Shown: one piece after another, positions 29,533 through 43,704 of the stretch | Layout: each line of letters opens with the position of its first letter | Numbering within the stretch: position 1 is the stretch's first letter | Assembly: GCF_009914755.1 (NCBI RefSeq) | Contig: NC_060929.1 | Direction: 5' to 3' (one strand) | Length of the DNA: 64,000 nt | From: the human T2T-CHM13v2.0 reference genome, Homo sapiens | The notes under the pieces: generated by a model | The model's database searches: none | Seen by the model: only the letters and a program-made list of their open reading frames with translations | Told to the model about the DNA's origin: nothing | Position numbers and translations under genes: made by a program

Positions 29533-30010
29533 TAGGCAAAGGGCCTGAATAGATATTTCTCCAAAGAAGACATAAAAATGGCCAACAGGTACATGAAAAG
29601 TTGCTCAACATCACTAATCATCAGGGAGATGCAAATCATAACCACGATGAGATACCCCCTCAGTCCAGTTAGAATGGTTGTTACAGAAAAGATGGGATAA
29701 AAGGTGTTGGTGAGGGCGTGGAGAAACAGGACCACTTATATACTGTATGTGGGAATGTAGATTGGTGTAGCCACTATTAACAAAAATAGTATGAAGATTC
29801 CTGAATAAATTACAAAATAGGACTACCACCTGACACAGAAATCCCTCTTCTGGGTATATACCCAAGGGAAATGAAAGCTATCCATGACCACATGTTCATT
29901 GCAGCATTTTTCACAATAGCCGAGACATGGAAACTACCTAAGCGTCCATCAACTGATGAGTGCGAGATACTAAAAACAGTGCAATACAGTGGAATATTTC
30001 TCAGCTTGTG
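29533..30010 (+). mobile_element. L1MA/MB ORF2 3' fragment
   Basis: 'gaatagatatttctccaaagaagacataaaaatggccaacaggtacatgaaaag...catgttcattgcagcatttttcacaatagcc'. Confidence 0.9.
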
Positions 30011-31135
30011 CAAAACAATAGCCATAGCCAATAGTTATTCATGATTTACAACCCAAATAAAGGAAGAGCTCCAGATAAAGGGAAGCAACAAGAACTGGCT
30101 TAAAATTGCAGAAATTACATACAAATATATGGCATTATAGTCAATGCATTCTATTATGCATTGCATGTTATATATTGTACTATGTATTACATATACATGC
30201 ACATAATGTATGTGCAAGTTTTATAGGTTGTATACATGTTTATGGGAGAAACCTCTGCATTCATCCAGCCCATTTCTGCAAATCCAGGACACTCAACTGC
30301 TGACCCCATGCTGCAGGATGCTGCCCTGAGCTGATAGGACCATGACTCCTGTAATTTTACCCCCCTCTTGCTCCCTGATTTGATATGTTGGGCATTGACA
30401 GAAAATTTGAACACATGTTTCTTCTGTAGATTTTGACAGAGTGCTGTTATTTCCTGTATAAGAACAGTTCAATTTCCTGCTCACCATTTCAGTCTCTCGT
30501 ACAGGGAATGTGGGATAAAATCTCCTAGCCACCCTGAGTGTGGTTTGAACCCTGAAGATGTCTGATTAAGGAAGTGATTGAATCCATTCTTTCCACCCCA
30601 GACTTCATGTTGAAATGATTACTCATCTCTCTGTTCATAAAGCCTATATTGCATGCTAGGGTTTGAAATCCAGAAATCTAATTAAAACCTCCTAGTGCTT
30701 TTAATACTCTATTGCCAAGCAAGACTGGTTTTACAAAGCACAAATTCTTGAGCCTGTCTGTCCACTCACTAACATGCAGTGTTTGGTGGTGTTTAGTATT
30801 CTGCAAAGAGCCTAGGAGCCTGAGAATCATTTCCTAGCTGTGGAGAGGAGGTGGCTGGATTTCAAGAGTCTGAGACTGTCTGGCCTCTCCTTGGTTCCCT
30901 TTGCTCTCTGCAGCCTGGCCCAGAGTCCAGCCTTCCTATAGGTCACCCTGGCCAAACCTTGGTGTGTCCAAGAAGGTCACTTGGGCCAGGTGTTTCTGCC
31001 CTGGGGTCAATCAGGACCTTAAAAGCTGTAGGTGAATCCCAAGGAATAAATGTTTTTTGTAAGATGTCAGGTGAAGCCCTAAACAGCCCTTGAACCTCAC
31101 TTAAAATGTCTTTTCAATCATGTATGAAGATGGCT

Positions 31136-31243
31136 GAGTCCTGTCAGTCTCTGATCTTGCATGAGTCCTGTCAGTCTCTGGTCTTGCACGAGTCCTGTCA
31201 GTCTCTGATCTTGCATGAGTCCTGTCAGTCTCTGATTTTGCAT
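31136..31243. repeat. Minisatellite, 4 x 27 bp
   Basis: gagtcctgtcagtctctgatcttgcat at 31136, 31163, 31190 and 31217, with at most 2 mismatches per copy. Confidence 0.97.
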
Positions 31244-34200
31244 GTAGAGACCAGATGTCCTCCTTAGGCTTTTGCTGAAGGAAAGAACAAGGACCCCAGG
31301 TTTGTAGCCTCCAACATGTGGATTTTGGCTGATATTTGTGCAAAACAAACTATGTTGTGTGGCACGTATTCCTGAGTTCTAAATAATCTAGTAGGAGTCT
31401 GATTTTTAGGTTTGTTAAATTACCCTGAGCTTCACTATAACCCTGCAGAACAGATCTCATTCTCATTTCCTAGGAAGGAAAACTGCAAATTCACGGCTTT
31501 ATCCAATGGAGTGGTATCGATACAAACGTGGTAGGAGTCAGTGTTTGGTGCCATGTTGGGGGGTAGTGTAGATATTTACTGTGGTGACTTGACCCCATTG
31601 CAAACTTTCCAGTTACCAAAGTTACTTTACATACTGACAATGACTGAACGAGGACAGACTGTTCATAGGACCCTAAAGGACATAGAGGGTGAGAATTTCC
31701 CAGGCTCTTTTCCCATCTTCCCAGGGAAGTGAGAAGAGTGAGCCATGTGTGTCTGGGAACTGCTCAATCTACAAGAGCCCCTGAATGGCAGCCCAAAAGC
31801 AGCCTCAGACATCCTAGGTCAATAGAGTATGAGTTATTTCTGATAACAAAATTTTTTTTTTCAAATTTTAAGGTGAATCCTTTAAAATCTCGGCAGAAAA
31901 TGAAAGCAGTAGAAGACGGGCTCTAGTTATTCATGTTATTTGTAAGAGCAAAATTCACAAAAGCTGCTCATTGTAGACACACAGAGCCCATGCATTGTCT
32001 GTGGACCACATTGTAGAGAAGATTTGACTGACTCAGAGGCCTTGTCTGAGCTGTTCTGTTGGTGGACGGTGTTCAGCATCCTGTCCACACAGCCCCGTGT
32101 CTGTGACCCCTTCTGTCTCTGGGCCGATCCTGGCCCTGGTGCTTGGTGGCGGTTGGTTCAAGGTGGTCAGCAGACCAGGAAAAACAGACATGGTGATGTC
32201 GTTACTCCAGGGCTGCAGCTGCCAGCTGCCCCATGGCCTGGGCATCAGATTTCTTGGGGAGCAGGAGTGCAGGCAGGGAATGCGCTGAGCACACGTGTGC
32301 CCTGGAGACACGGCCCCCTGCAGAGGTTCCAGAGGCTGACAGTCTATGGGTGGCAAGTCCTCCGACCCCAAGGTTGTGCAGATCCTCAGCCCCAGTGGTG
32401 CTCACTGAGCTCTGTCCACCCAGCCTTGGGTCCTGCCCGTGGAGGAGCCCAGCTCAGCCACAGAAGGGCAGGGATGGGAGCACCTTTCCCCTCCTCAGAA
32501 GCTAAGTGTGCCCTCCTACCCTAAATGCCAAGGGCCCTTTCCTGCAGGCTGATGGCGCATTTGTGAATGGAAATGCAACCAACTCTCAGAAGAATCACAA
32601 GCAACTGGGAAGCTGCTTTTACATCTCTGCAAAAGGCACCTGTTGAATAAAATTCCCAGTGTCATCCTGGTTAGAAGTATTTTTATTTTTCTGGCTTTGC
32701 AGGACTCTCCCTCCCTTTTCTTTTATTGTGAATTTCCTACTTACTTCACAGTGTTAACTCTATCCATTTTAAAGATAGTCAACTATGAAATAAGGCAAAG
32801 GGGCCTCAAGCCTGGGGGTGATGCTGGCTCCAGAGAATGGAAGCTGGGGATCCGGCTTGTAGTCCTTTCCAACGCCCCGGGTGACTGTGACCCACAATGC
32901 AGAGATCCAGACTCATGCGCACTGCTTCTGTGAGCCAGGGTAGCTCCCACAAGGCAAAGTGTGGCTCTAGGTCATTAGGGATGAGAGAGGCAAATCCGGT
33001 CAAACACAGCTTCACGACAGCATGGGGAGCCCGGAACTTGGAAATGTGCAGCTTCAGGGATATTGTTTTCAGCAACCTGGGGAAGCTTGATTTTCTTTTT
33101 ATTCTTTGCTAGACTAGTGACAATCATATTTTCCTTTTTTTTTTTTTTCCAAATTAATGGTTTCTATCTTTCAAATTTCCTTGACAAATAGAATTTCGAA
33201 AACTTTTTGAAGTTCAAAATAGATTTGCCATTATTTTCTTGCCCTGTGATGATAAAATAAACCACCATTTATTCATAAGTAGATAAGGGACTCCATAACA
33301 AAAATGTAGCATGGAGACGGAACCCAAGACTAAAAGACATTCACTTGTAATAAGTGCCTTTTCCTCCGTGCAACGCACACCTCATCTTCCTCATTTTCCT
33401 CACTGGTGAAGCTCTGTCTGGCCCTGGCCCTGGCACAAGGAACGGAATTTGAGAATCTCTGGGAGGTGAATAGAGACCAATCACCAAAGTGGGTGCAGAA
33501 GCAGAAACTGGGTGACTGAGAAGAGCTCTTCCATTTTTTGACCGGACTCCTTCTCAGAGTATCTTCTGGCAGCCCTGGGTGCAGGATGCTGGACCGGAGA
33601 GCAGGCCTCTCTTTCACTCCCGAGGAGACCAGGATCCAGTGGCCCCTCGCGGATGGTATGGGAGGAGATCTGGTTATCAACCTGCCCAACTGCCTGCAGA
33701 TAGCTGCTGCCACAGGGCCTCGCTCTGGCCGGATTCGGCCATTCTCATGGAAACCAGGGGCCCTTCCCAGGGCGCCTCCTCACTTCATCTCCAAGCTGAG
33801 AGGCAATTAGTAGGAGTCCGTCTCAGAGTTTCTGGAGCCTCAGCCATGATGGCGGCCACCTCATCCCCGGAAAGGACGTACCGGGAGCACAGTCAGAAGT
33901 GAGGAGCAGCCGTGGTAACAAATCTCATCTGTCGCCCTCATCTGCTGAGATCTGGGTTTCTACCCCTGTAATATTCCAAGAATTGTTTTTCAAATTTGCT
34001 TCAAGATAGGCCACTGGCAAGTTTCTGTTCAATCAACTACGCAAGAGACAACATCGTACCTAGTGTCGAAACTTAGTAACTGCACCTAGAATTTTTTGGT
34101 AGATGCACAAATGCGTTAATAAATTCAACCCAATCTAAGATTATTTTATTTTTGCTTGTTTTCCTAACTCATTTCAACATTGACTCTCCAAGGTTTCGCT

Positions 34201-35713
34201 GAGATAAATTGTGAAGATCTTGCAAATTACTGTCCCAAGGCACACTGAGGTTTGGTTCAGTTTGCATGTTTGGCCACAAAGAACACGTATAGAGCTGGCA
34301 TCCCTACAAAAGCAAACGTCTCACACAAATCCTAACAGGGCCAGGAAGCAAGGCAGGAATGGCTGGACCAGAAGCAGGGGGGAGGCTGCCTCCCCTGCAG
34401 AAGGGGTCCCTGGGGCTGGGGGCTTGAGGGCTCTCTGAGTACCCAAATATTCCTGCTTATTACCTTTCCCTCTGGGCTCCCACTCTCTTTTGACCAGGGT
34501 TTTGATGCTCACAGAAGAGTCCTGGCAGACTTCTAGTGCCACTGCCAGTGCTGTTCAGCGCCTGCAAAGCTATGCTGAGCTCCCTCAGCATGAGGCTGAG
34601 AGAGGGCTGGGACACCCAGGCCCAGTCTGGATGGTCCTACGTTCCCTAACCCCACCCAAGCCAGATAGAGGGCATTTTGAGGACGCCCTTCTCTTCAAGT
34701 CGTGCAGCCCTACAGCCCTAAATCTTTGTGTCCTTTATTCTACCTGATGCCAACGCCTCGTCTTTGATGGGCAAGTCATTTCAGGTGGCCGGAGGGTAAA
34801 ATCTAGGAGGCTGTTCAGCTTCTGTGGACCACGGCCTTCTGGTGCCCACCTTTGGGTCCTCAACAGTCCCCTGCCTGCCCAGGCCCGAGAGCCTGCCCAA
34901 AGCTCCCATTCCTGCCAAGGTCTGCTGCCTGTGCTCTCTCCTCATGCCTATCTGCATTCATTGTGGCAGCTTCAGCAGGAAACACCCCAGCTAGCTTAAG
35001 ACAGAAGTAAATCACACTATTAGTCTAGTCCATTGACAGAGTGCCAGAGATGGTCAGAGAATGGGTTGGCTTTCATGGAGCCAGGAGCAGGGTCCTCAGC
35101 ACCCCATGGAGACAATGCTGATGCCCCAGGACCAGATGCTCGGAACACCTGTGCCGCAGAACTTTGGAAAGCTCTGGCCCCTCACCCTCCCTGGAGCCAC
35201 GTCCATGGTTTGCCCTTGACAGCATCTCCAGCTGCTGAACTGTTGCTCATCTGAACGCCTGCTTGGAGGGACAGCCTCCACTGCCCAGAGTAGATATGGG
35301 CAGGGCAGGGGTTCTGTTCAAGAAGACCTGGGTGTCTACAAAGCCCAGTAGATTGATTCCCCCACAGGTGACCACTGTGGGCTAGGGAGAGGTGGGTTTG
35401 CTCAGTCATAAAGATCAGAGACCAGGCTACAGAACAGGGTGTGACCCAGTGCTGCAGAGACAGAATGAGCACAGGGCACTTGATGTGGGGATTAATCTGG
35501 AGCAGGATTGGGTGCCAGCTGGGGAAGAAATCAGGGGCACTGACAGTGCCAGGGGGTGCAAGAGGCCAGGAAAAATCCACCTGAATTGCACAAAGATGCT
35601 GACATCAAGGGGCGTTGGTGGCTCACTGAAGCCGCAGTGAGGCAGTGCTGGGGGCACGCTTCGGGGATAGAAGAGTAACTGGGAGGTGGGAAACATCCTG
35701 AAGAGTGACCTGA

Positions 35714-36066
<353 letters not shown>

Positions 36067-36094
36067 TAGAGTGCCTGTTAAAAGTCACATCGGC

Positions 36095-36270
36095 CCAGGG
36101 ACGAATGAGTGGTTACATACTGGGGTCCATCCACAGGAGGGAATACGATTCAGCCTTACAAAGTTAGGAAATTCTGCCTCATGCTACAACACAGATGGAC
36201 CCTGAGGACACGATGCTGAGTGAAATGAGCCAGGCAGAAAGAGGGAAGTGCAGGAAATACCTAGGAGAGG
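36095..36270 (+). mobile_element. L1MB-like 3' fragment
   Basis: 'ggaatacgattcagcctta...ggaaattctg...catgctacaacacagatggaccctgaggacacgatgctgagtgaaatgagccag'. Confidence 0.75.
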
Positions 36271-37621
36271 CAAATCCATGTTTGCGGACGCAGTCTGGGG
36301 GCTTCCATGTTACATGCTCCAATGTAGATCCGCAGCATAGCTCAGTCTTCCTGGCTCATGTGGAGTTGTCTGTTCCTTTCCACTGCCGCTTCTTGCTTAT
36401 TCTTGTTGTTTTCATTTGTTTTGTTTTGTTTTGGTGTTATTGTTATTGTTTGTTTTTTAGGAGGAGGCATTCATTTTTAAAAATACATTTTAGAGCATGT
36501 TAAATATATGTTGAAATGATACTGTCATTATTTTCTAGAGTTTTCTTAATCCTCTTCTAATAATGGGAAAATATTTGTATTTTCTTTAGCCCAGTACATG
36601 GTATTTTAAATGGCCTTTTCCTGTTTCCTTTTATGGCGTTGACAAGCTGAATCCCATCTTCAGCTCTGGATTTCCATAGAAAGTTGCGTAGGCACTTGGA
36701 GAATATCACTCCCTACTTTATAGAAAAAAGGGCAGACAACTTTCTATGGGAATTGCTGGGGCTGTTGTGGGCAGTGATCGGAGATTTAACTTTGGATTTG
36801 GTTACTTTATTTTGATGCAACAGAATAAAAACGTAGCTTAAAACAGGTGACTCCAGGAGTATAGGATTTGAAACTGTTCTGATAGAAAATATGTTTTACA
36901 GGGGACTTACGGGAAAAATATATTTTCCAAATAATGAATAGTGTTTGTTCACGGCTATCATTTAGCAAATCTAAAGTTGTTTAAAAGTAATTTTTAAATG
37001 ATCCCCATATGAATATTTAGAATGGTGCCAGGGTTCTTGAAGAAGAGTTTACCATTTCTAAGGATTACACAGGGAGACTGTCAACCAGCACTTTCTTCCC
37101 CATGTGACAGCTTGTAAGCATGATTTCCAGGTGTGTGCAGGTGAGCTGGGCTGTCCCGTTCATCTTGATTTGACCACGCATGATGGGGGTGCCACCCAGA
37201 AACCTGTGTGATGAGAGCCGAGCTCGTGGCTGTATTTGAGGGTCTCCACACACTCCCATTCATAAGCTACAGAACACCACGCGTGTGCCACTGGGAATGG
37301 GATAAAACCTAAACCTTGGGAAACATCTGCGTCTTTTGTCGATGCAGCCTGTCTTCTTGTTGCTCCTCAACTTGAGAATTGAAATGACTGTGCATTTTCT
37401 GCAATTTAATTCTTTACGCTAAACCTCTTTTGGGTTTTCACTGAGCAGGTGGTGAGCAGTCCATCACCAGGTCCCTGCTGCATGGACCGTGTCTCTAATG
37501 CTGGGCTCTCGCTGGCAAAGCGGGGAGTCTCGGGGCGCCACGGAGTAGCTCAGGGCTGGCTGCAGGGAGTCTGGCTGAGGCACCTGCTGCCACTTCCCTC
37601 CGCGAAGCTCTCCCTGAATCA

Positions 37622-37635
37622 CCGCGCGGGGGCGC
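37622..37635 (+). promoter_or_regulatory. CTCF-like motif within a small CpG-rich patch
   Basis: CCGCGCGGGGGCGC fits the CCGCGNGGNGGC core; CpGs are retained across ~37520-37770. Confidence 0.35.
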
Positions 37636-37964
37636 CCTGCCAGGCCCCATGCGGGGCTCCCCTTTCCCGGGCATCCTGCTGTCACTCAGACACCGCCTTC
37701 TCATTACTCGTGCCAGGCCCCGTCGGCGGGGGCAGTTCGTGATGATTGGAAAGTGTTGCGTGTGTGCGGAGAAAGGATATTTCAGGGCTGCAAGAGGTTG
37801 AGCCTCCTCCCGCTCTCCTGGGTAAATACAAGGCCCCCTCTCCACACTGAGCTGATTACACACACCCTGATATTTATAACCACCATCCTCTAAGGAACTC
37901 AGCTCCTTTATAAACAGGACTTTATTGATCCTCTCCCACAACTGTCAAACAAAGAACGATGGGA

Positions 37965-38080
37965 TCATTACCTTTCCCTGCACCTCAGTTTCCTCAGTTC
38001 TCAGTGTTACGGGGAGTGTGAATTTGGGGAGAGTGGAATCGATGTCTCTGAGGCCTCTCTGAATGTCTGCTCTGTGAAAT
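37965..38080 (+). mobile_element. MIR/MIR3 fragment
   Basis: 'cctcagtttcctca' core and 'gatgtctctgaggcctc'. Confidence 0.5.
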
Positions 38081-38179
38081 GAGTGTGGAGATCACTCCCT
38101 GCCTCTCATTAATGTATCTTCATCATTTTCATCAAATGTGGAGGAGGTAGATGTCTGCAGGCAGACAAGAGAAAGAGCT

Positions 38180-38975
38180 TCCCGGGAGGGGCCGGGAAGT
38201 GCTGGGTAGAGAAGGGCAGAGTCCCTGGAGAGAAAGCTCCACCCTCAGGCCTGTGCCCATGGACCTAAGTGAGAACAGGCACTCCTGTTTTCCTGCCCAA
38301 ATGTTGCATTTTCCAAAACTACACTGGCCTGCCATGCCCTGCATCCTGTGCCCATAGAAACCTGAGACCCTTGAAGGCACAGACACAAGCGTCTGGACGT
38401 CGGGAGGAGCAGAAGAACAGACACTGGCACACACCGGCAGACACCGGCAGGCCACCGCCACCAGGACAATATGGAATTCTGTTGGGGGGAAGTTAGAGGA
38501 GAGTTTGGCCACTGGGCAACTTGACTCCAGGGGAAGACCACCTTCCCACTCCATCCCCCTTCTGGTTCCCTATCCACCTCGCTGAGAGCTACCTCCACCA
38601 CTCAATAAAATGTTGCACCCATCCTCCAAGCTCTCACATGTGATCCAATTTTTCTGGTACATTAAGGCAAGAACCTGGGATACAGAAAGCTCTCTGTCCC
38701 TGCCATAAGGCAAAGGGTCTAACTGAGCTGATTGACACAAGTCGCCTGCAGATGGTAGAGCTGAAAGAGCAGACTGTAACACACACCCACTGGGGCTTTG
38801 GAAGCTGTAAACACTCAACCCTAGACTCTGCTGTGGGGGTCGAAGCCCAAAAACACTCCCCACACCTGCCCATGTGCACCCTCCCCCTAGGGGTTTGAGC
38901 AGTGGGGCAAGGTAGAAGCAAGCCACACCCCTGTTGCCTGCCCTGCAAGGGGATAAGGGAACTCCTCCCGTTTCA
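38180..38975 (+). mobile_element. LTR1-family (ERV1/HUERS-P2-type) solo LTR
   Basis: 'gggaagtgctgggtagagaagggc...ctccaccctc...ggacctaagtgagaacaggcactcctgttttc...cccaaatgttgcattttcc'; AATAAA at 38604-38609; ends 'cccgtttca'. Confidence 0.85.
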
Positions 38976-40914
38976 GTATTAGTCTAGATGTTTCAACATT
39001 CTCAAAGACCACCATGCTGTGGTGGTCGTGGTGAGACAGCAGAGCTCAGGAGAACCAGCGTAGGCATAAAGGCAGCCGCTTTCTGTGCGAGCTCCTGGGC
39101 CTCAATTACTGAGCCCTGCCCTCCAGAATTATCTGCTAGAAAGACACCCCGGTGTTGGTGAGCATCACTTGGCAACAGCCCATCCGCCTCCCTGCCCCTA
39201 ACTGCCCCTCGCCCCAGCACTTTGCTGGCTGTGCTCCTCAGGCAGGCTGGGAGGGCTGGCACGGCCGGCTCCTGCATTTGAAACTGCCCAACCCTTGGTC
39301 CAGCTTGGGTGTGTCATTCACTGTTAAATTCAGAAAGAAAACAGAACAAACACCTCCAAGTCAATTATTTGAAAAGAACTTGATAATTCGATAAACCTAG
39401 GACCTGTCCAGGTTCTTTATCTTGTGCCATGTCCAGAGCCCCCTTTCGAGAAGTTCCAAGTTCTGTCTCCTGGGCTGCAGTGACCAGAGGGTCGTTTCCC
39501 ATCTGACTCTATGCACTGGGCTCAAGAGGGTACCAGGGGTGGAAGCCTGCCAGGGTACATCTATGTGATGGGGGCTGGACAGCCAGTTCAGTATTTTAGG
39601 GAGCTTGAAAGAAAGCCGTTACATACACAACGCATTAAGGGGTGCTGGCACAACCTACTCCTAAGCCAACTGAAATATAGCCGCCTTATCTTCCTACAGA
39701 CCAGTTCAGGACAACAGCACTGCCGACTTGAATGCTGCGGTCTTCCTTACCCCATGGGAGTATGGGGACACATGAGGTTTTGAAGCCTGGGTTCTGGGCA
39801 CAAGAGCTAAACAGGCTTGATGGTATGGCATTTTGGGAGCTGAGGTGCAGGGCTAAGGAAAGGCTAGGCCTGTGATGCTGGGGCCTGGAGGTGGGGTGGG
39901 TCCCTCCTGCAGCAGAGACCTGCCAGTCAGTCCCAACAGCCCCCCAAGGAACCAGGGCTCCAGAATCGCTGGTGCATGCATGGGACAGAGCAAAATGCTA
40001 AGTGTCACTGCTTTGGGCTTGCCAGTGGCACTCCTGTTGGCTTAGTCACTCACCAGGAGGCAGAATGGCCAGCGGCAGAGGCCCAGCTTTGGGATAGAGC
40101 ATGAGGCCCTGGCATGAGCAGCTGAAAACCAGACACAACTCCCCAAGGGGCTTTGAACGACAAAGACCCATCCCCAAGCTTCCTGAGCAACGCGAGAGAG
40201 AGAAGGAAGTTCCTAATGCACGGCTGGGATGGATGCTGCACCAAGAGCTGAGTTCATTTAAGATAAATAGAGCAGAGAGAAGCTTCGCGCACTTGAGCAT
40301 CATAGACAGGTGGGGGCAGAACAGAAAGAACTGAGTAGCGTCTCCAAAGCTGAGCAGAAGGTGCCGCCCCGACTAGAGGACTGAACGAGGGCTGCGGCGT
40401 CTCCCGTCCTGCTGGGGAGTTTTAGCAACAACACAGGACCTCTCGTCTGCTCCAGTGCCAGGCTGGACGCCTTCTGGGAGGCTGGCTGCCCTTGGATTTC
40501 CTCAGGCGCTCAGACAGTAAGCCCCATTCACTATCTCTGGTCCTGGCCACCTGAAAAAAGCATACTCTAATAACATGTCATCACAAGCCTTAAACACACT
40601 GAAAAACCTGTCCTAAGCATACAACTGTTTGCTTTTTCGTAAAGGTCAAGAACTCAAAGCAAGCTTCCGAAAGCTGCTTGGGAGCAGGAAATGCTATTAG
40701 GCGCCCATCATCATAATCGTCATCTTCATCTTCATATTGTCTGCACGGGACAACCTGCCAATGGAGAGATCTGGGAGGGGCTATTCTGAGGAGAGCCATG
40801 TATTCTTCACAATTTTTTAAAGACATATACAAGTTAATTGATCTGCAACCCCAATTTTTCGCATATTTAATTTAGAATCAAGCAGGTATATTTAAAAGGA
40901 TGAGAAGAGCACTA

Positions 40915-41311
<397 letters not shown>

Positions 41312-41960
41312 GGAGGGAAATTTCCGGAGAGAGAAGAGGTCTTCTCAGAATGCCGAGTGTACATTGGTTGTTTGGTTTTCAGTGCTCTTAATTTAAGGTT
41401 TTCTTCCATATGTTGTAATGACTCGTGAGCCTTTTGATCCCCTATCTTGCATTTAAAACAAAATAAAACAAAAGTCTTCTAAGGAATTGGAGGGAGCATA
41501 CAAAAGAAAACTAACACAACTAACAGGGGAAGATGGCCTATGGAAGTCTAAGGCTGAAAACAGAGCTGTGACCCATGATTCTGCCCTCATGCCTAGAGAC
41601 TTCATTCAACCCTGAGGTTAAGACGCTTCACCCGTTGCTCGTCAGAGGAAATCTGAGATCCATGGGAAGAACTGCTCCGAATTTTCTAATGTATTAAGTA
41701 AGAAATAAGGCAAATCATAATAAACATTATAGATGTTAATAACCAAGAAAAACAGAACTGACATTGGATAAAATCATACCTTAAAATTTATCATTGACTA
41801 AAACATGGCCAAATAGTGAAATCTTTCTGATAAATTTTGTAACAGCAAACTTGACTCCAGGAAAAACTGATCTTGTTAAAACTAATGACAAAAAACAAAT
41901 AAATAAACAAACAACAACAACAACAAAAAACTGAAACAGCTGTTTAAAAAAAATTACATG

Positions 41961-42210
41961 GGATTGGGAGCAGTGGCTCATGCCTTTAATCCCAGCACTT
42001 TGGGAGGCTGAGGCAGGCGGATCACCTGAGGTCAGGAGTTGGAGGCCAGCCTAGTCAACATGGCAAAACCTTGTCTCTACTAAAAATACAAAAATTAGCT
42101 AGGTGTGGTGGTGGGCACCTGTAACCCCAACTACTCAGGAGGCTGAGGCAAGAGAATTACTTGAATTCAGGAGGCAGAGGTTGCAGTGAGCCAAGATCGT
42201 GCCACTGCAC
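41961..42210 (+). mobile_element. AluSx-like, 3' end and tail missing
   Basis: 'gatcacctgaggtcaggagtt'; stops at 'gccactgcac' with no A tail. Confidence 0.93.
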
Positions 42211-42344
42211 ATGAAAGATCATTAACTCTAATGAAATAATTTCAAGAAACAGAAAACGAACCATCTTTGCTCTATGAAAATTAGACAAAGACATTGAATT
42301 AGTTTGATGGATCTTGCCCTAAAAGTACATTCTCCAAAGCATAG

Positions 42345-42590
42345 CATCAAAACAATGCTTGCGGCAGTCAGGAGCTAAGGCTCAGGGTTCAGATGGCCTG
42401 TGTTCAACTCTAGCTCTGTGGGGCACTTTCTCCTTCTCCGGGCAAGCAATTTCAACACTCTGGACCCCATTCCTTCGTCTGGAAAATGGGAATAATGACA
42501 CAGCAATTGTGAGAACTAAAAGAGTTAAAACATATATCATACTTAGAAAATTGGCAGGCACAGAGTGAGCTTTCCATTGGTTATTACTGT
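42345..42590 (+). mobile_element. MIR SINE
   Basis: 'gggcaagcaatttc...ttccttcgtctggaaaatgggaataat...ttgtgagaactaaa...cttagaa...ggcacagagtgagc'. Confidence 0.75.
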
Positions 42591-43704
42591 AAAAGGGAGA
42601 AGGATTTTCTGTGTTCTTGAGCTACGGTGGAAATGCCAGGTGTCCACATAGAGCTTTGCTTCAGTATCTCTTCACTCTATACCACTTCTACATCATCCCA
42701 TGGAAACCGTGGTCTACAGTTATCCAACAAAGCTTTCTCTACCCTACAAATACAACCATTCTCCTCTTTAACAGCTGTACTGTATTTGCAAGAGCATGGC
42801 AAGTTAATTATTTTAATGATGAAAATTTGTATTAAAAATATGTGTTAGAAGTGAGGAGAGTGGTTAGAAGTGAAGATGGTGACAGCAATGTCACGAGGAT
42901 CAGTGCGAGCAACAACCTCAAACCCTGAACCCTGAGGTCAGCCCAGCGTACCTCATCACTCTTCTCCTGGCAGCCAGCACCACGTGGTGAATCTGGCTCC
43001 TGGGGTCTCTTCACCTGCCTCCTCAACTGCACCCACGCAGTGTCCAGGCTCATCATTTCCCAGGCCTCCTGGCCCTTGCATCCAGCCTCCAGCCACTCCA
43101 ATCTGCCCACACCCCACACTCAGTGCAGAGTTCCACAGGGAACAGCAGCTGGTGTCATCTGGTTACGGGAAATGCATTTCCCGGCACCTGCCAGTGGACT
43201 CTATTCATGCAGAGATGTAAACTCACTTCTCCTTCCATCTACTAGAAATCCCACTATTTGGTGTGAAATTTCTTGATTTTTAAAAACTGGGAAGAAATTC
43301 AGAAAAGGGGGAAAAAACTACCCAAAAGAGCACATTCTGTGTCAAGAAAATCAGGACCAGCACCCCAGGGGCCACCCTCACTCTCCCCCACATGCCATGG
43401 TCTTGCATCTGCCACACATGGTCCAGAGCCTGCAGTGCTCATGCAGGAAGGACCCTGTCCAGCTGTGGCACCTCTTCCCCACCACTCCCTCTTCCACAGG
43501 AACTGGACTCTGTAATCATCTCAGATCCTGAATACGCCAGGATCTCTCCTTGTTCTTTTATCCACTTAAAGGTTGTTTCTCTCCTGTGGTCTGATAACAA
43601 ATCTCAACCCTGCTTTCTAATCTCAGCTCTGGTTTTCCTTCCATTGGAAAGCATTCACCTGTCTCTATGGCTTATACAATTTTCTCCTTCACTTTGGGAA
43701 TAGA

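Noticed and set aside
34930-35700. Possible old MLT1/L2 fragments
   Set aside because: Too diverged to assign by eye
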